Source: a virus
Lineage: Duplodnaviria > Caudoviricetes
Length of the DNA: 37,554 bases
Reading direction: 5' to 3' (one strand)
Virus record (IMG/VR): IMGVR_UViG_3300047545_000175
Location: 1-37,554 of that record
This document shows positions 35,507-37,554 of this stretch, one piece after another. The translations under genes were made by a program, and so were the position numbers. Positions within the stretch are counted from its first letter, which is position 1; every line of letters begins with the position of its first letter. The notes beneath the pieces were generated by a model. It did no database searches, was not told where the DNA came from, and saw only the letters and a list, made by a program, of their open reading frames with translations.

Positions 35507-35760
35507 GTGTTTTTCTCACGCAACTTTTCTTCAATAGCACGACCATAATCTTGGTAGTAATACACTGGACCCATCTCAAGATGCAATTCCTTGTATTCAT
35601 CGTCAGTCAAACCGATCCATACGCGATCTTGCAAAGTAGACTGTTTAGCCGATGTGCAAGGCATAGTAAACCTGTAATCAGGTAATTTAGGGCATTTGCA
35701 AGTGCTGGCAGCACCCAATGACCAGCGTTCTCCACAAGCGTTGCATTGTCCGTAAAACAT
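35503..35760 (-). CDS. Hypothetical protein with CxxC N-terminus
   Basis: ATG 35760 after AAGGA; WIGLTDDE...RAIEEKLREKNT C-terminal module. Confidence 0.65.
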   Translation of the reverse strand: MFYGQCNACGERWSLGAASTCKCPKLPDYRFTMPCTSAKQSTLQDRVWIGLTDDEYKELHLEMGPVYYYQDYGRAIEEKLREKNT

Positions 35761-36137
35761 ATCAGTTCCTTTCAGTGTGCTTTTATTGTCCACAGCTTTT
35801 TCTTGTTTGTCATTGGTACTTACCCTATGTTTTATTTTTTTGAGCATAGGTGACCCCCGAGACTCCCGACCTGTACCGATGTGTACTGTCTTTATGAATC
35901 TCTCAGCCAACCAATTAAAGGTCTATAACCAAAAAAGGTCCACTGCTCACTTGATGCCGTATTCCATTGTCGAGCGCCCGTTTCGTGGGCCATGCGCTGA
36001 GTGTCGGTTTGCTTGCTCGTTTTTGTGGTCGCTACGGAACGCCACGCCGCCGGGGGTCATATAGCGGCATCGGTTTCTTGAGTACGGCCCCGACATTGGC
36101 CTATTAGCTAACCCGCTCTGAGGGGTACGGCAGAAAG

Positions 36138-36290
36138 CAAAAAACCCATTGGTGAACGAGCTTTAGGCTTGGTTGCCGCATAGATACAGTGCTAAACCAC
36201 GTATACCTAGCTTTGACGAAGCCCGCTCACCAATGGGTTTGCGGTTATCGCTGTTTAGAGCTACACCGGGTTACCAGTCCGGTGATGTCC
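36138..36290 (-). ncRNA. Candidate c4/CI-like regulatory RNA or attenuator
   Basis: TATAAT at 36293-36298(-), hairpin CACCGG..CCGGTG, long stem AAACCCATTGGTGA/TCACCAATGGGTTT followed by a T run. Confidence 0.45.
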
Positions 36291-36333
36291 CAATTATACA
36301 GTATAAAAAAAGGGGCCTGTCAAGCCCCTATCT

Positions 36334-36702
36334 TTAAAAAAGTTCAGTTTTCTTTCTAAACTTGTTCAGCATTTCCCTTACATGGTCAGGCATTGGGGCT
36401 GCTTTCTTGGAATCTTGCTCGATCTTGACCAATGCGGGGTCTTTGTAAACACTCACGTTGACCGTAATCTCAGGAACTTCAGCGCCATCCCACCGCATTT
36501 GGTTGATGTAAACCAAAGGAGCTGGAATAAAAGCGCCGCTTTCCTTCTTCCAATCATTAGTTGTTTTCATCCAGGTCACATGAGCAATGATCTGCTCGGC
36601 CTGAGTGTCTAGCTTTAGTTTGTCCCATTTCGCTTTGCAAAGAGATTTAGCGCCCTTGCGTTGTGACTTAGGCCAAGCGTCCCAGAATTGTTCAAATGTC
36701 AT
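36334..36702 (-). CDS. Second copy of the replication-initiator-like protein
   Basis: Allele of 30..398. Confidence 0.6.
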   Translation of the reverse strand: MTFEQFWDAWPKSQRKGAKSLCKAKWDKLKLDTQAEQIIAHVTWMKTTNDWKKESGAFIPAPLVYINQMRWDGAEVPEITVNVSVYKDPALVKIEQDSKKAAPMPDHVREMLNKFRKKTELF

Positions 36703-36926
36703 TTTGTGCCTTTCGGTGCTTTGCCAAAGTATTGTTTGGTTCCGTCTGGATTGTCTTTTCGCAACACTGTCCACAAGTGGTCACGCTCAAGGCGAGACAG
36801 GCGACTATGAGGGCTTGTTGTCGGCAGGTAGCGGGCTATCTCCGCCGCTGTCGCTCCCTCCTTGCGTGACAGTATCAGTTTCAGTCGAGCCATTTGACTG
36901 GCTGGTTTCTTGGACGTTGTTGACAT
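36699..36926 (-). CDS. Second copy of the small wHTH protein
   Basis: Protein identical to 395..622. Confidence 0.75.
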   Translation of the reverse strand: MSTTSKKPASQMARLKLILSRKEGATAAEIARYLPTTSPHSRLSRLERDHLWTVLRKDNPDGTKQYFGKAPKGTK

Positions 36927-37017
36927 TTGACTTTCCTTTAGAAAAGATGGCATTCCATCGGTTTGAAAACTCCTCTGAGGATACAGAGAAGGGGCGAGAA
37001 ACTGAACCTTTGCTCAT
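36805..37017 (-). CDS. Second copy of the small hypothetical protein
   Basis: Allele of 501..713. Confidence 0.5.
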   Translation of the reverse strand: MSKGSVSRPFSVSSEEFSNRWNAIFSKGKSNVNNVQETSQSNGSTETDTVTQGGSDSGGDSPLPADNKPS

Positions 37018-37205
37018 TTTGGCGATCTCCGAAAATCACGTTTCTTAGGCGTTGCATGGCCTACATGAAAAAATCCACAATGCACACAGCGATAAGCCTC
37101 CATTGGGCTGTCTCTACGCCGACCAACAATGACTAAAGCCAGTTCTTTTGTTGGCAGCTTGTCTTTGCCTTCGCATTGGCTGCTTACGTCTGTTGTGTAT
37201 GTCAT
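37014..37205 (-). CDS. Second copy of the zinc-finger-like protein
   Basis: Allele of 710..901. Confidence 0.7.
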   Translation of the reverse strand: MTYTTDVSSQCEGKDKLPTKELALVIVGRRRDSPMEAYRCVHCGFFHVGHATPKKRDFRRSPK

Positions 37206-37554
37206 GCTCGGCTATATGCAATGATTTGCACTGGTGTGTTGTAGTTGTTAGGCTTGCCCTTATTAATGGACGCAGCAAGTTCAGCTTTGTTAAACAAGCC
37301 CTTAGCTGTTGAAAGATCAAAAGCATTGCCTGTTGATTTCTTTGTGCCACAAGGCCAAAACTCCGTCATGGAAACTTTATTTTCAGACTCTTTGTTGTGT
37401 ACAAACTTTTTACCAGTCAAAACATAGAAATGATTGTTTTTGCTCGTTTTGCCGATGCGCTCAGACCTTTCCAGCTTGATGTAACCTTCATTCAGTAACT
37501 CATCTCTGATAAGTGCTGCACCAACATCAAAACGCCAAAGCATACGCTTGGAAA
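37202..37554 (-). CDS. Second copy (5'-truncated by window end) of 898..1320
   Basis: Allele of 898..1320. Confidence 0.6.
   Translation of the reverse strand, partial: SKRMLWRFDVGAALIRDELLNEGYIKLERSERIGKTSKNNHFYVLTGKKFVHNKESENKVSMTEFWPCGTKKSTGNAFDLSTAKGLFNKAELAASINKGKPNNYNTPVQIIAYSRA

Larger units (their letters stand above)
36305..37554. repeat. Terminal direct repeat, copy 2
   Basis: Matches 1-1250 at about 96% identity. Confidence 0.95.

Noticed and set aside
35503-35910. Extended 135-aa version of the 35503 ORF
   Set aside because: A better start at ATG 35760 has an AAGGA RBS; the upstream extension lacks coding features

Overview
Apparently the complete genome of a small tailed dsDNA phage (siphovirus type). 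The unit length is 36,304 bp: the last 1,250 bp repeat the first 1,250 bp with about 45 substitutions by my manual count. Gene families suggest a Betaproteobacterial (Burkholderiales-like) host, but this is inference. The minus strand carries a lambda-type packaging module (cos, TerS, GpA-type TerL, gpW-like adaptor, lambda portal), a protease-capsid fusion, a non-contractile tail with a G/GT frameshift, a tail fibre and a lysis cassette. It also carries a nin-like block (RusA, NinB, Ref-like nuclease, many small ORFs). A short plus-strand operon encodes ERF recombinase, exonuclease, SSB, an Acb2/Tad1-like protein, MazG-like and DUF3310 proteins. I found no integrase, clear repressor, polymerase, helicase or tRNA. 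The most striking element is a ~2.9 kb island (27075-29960) next to the predicted cos site, on the last-packaged and so probably first-ejected end. It is almost free of GAG/CTC trinucleotides, its five proteins have almost no glutamate, and most of its ribosome-binding sites read GGGG instead of GGAG. It is transcribed inward and is bracketed by inverted, ~11-bp-phased DnaA-box arrays and G/T-rich spacers. This looks like a T5-style first-step-transfer (pre-early) segment in a lambda-like cos phage.
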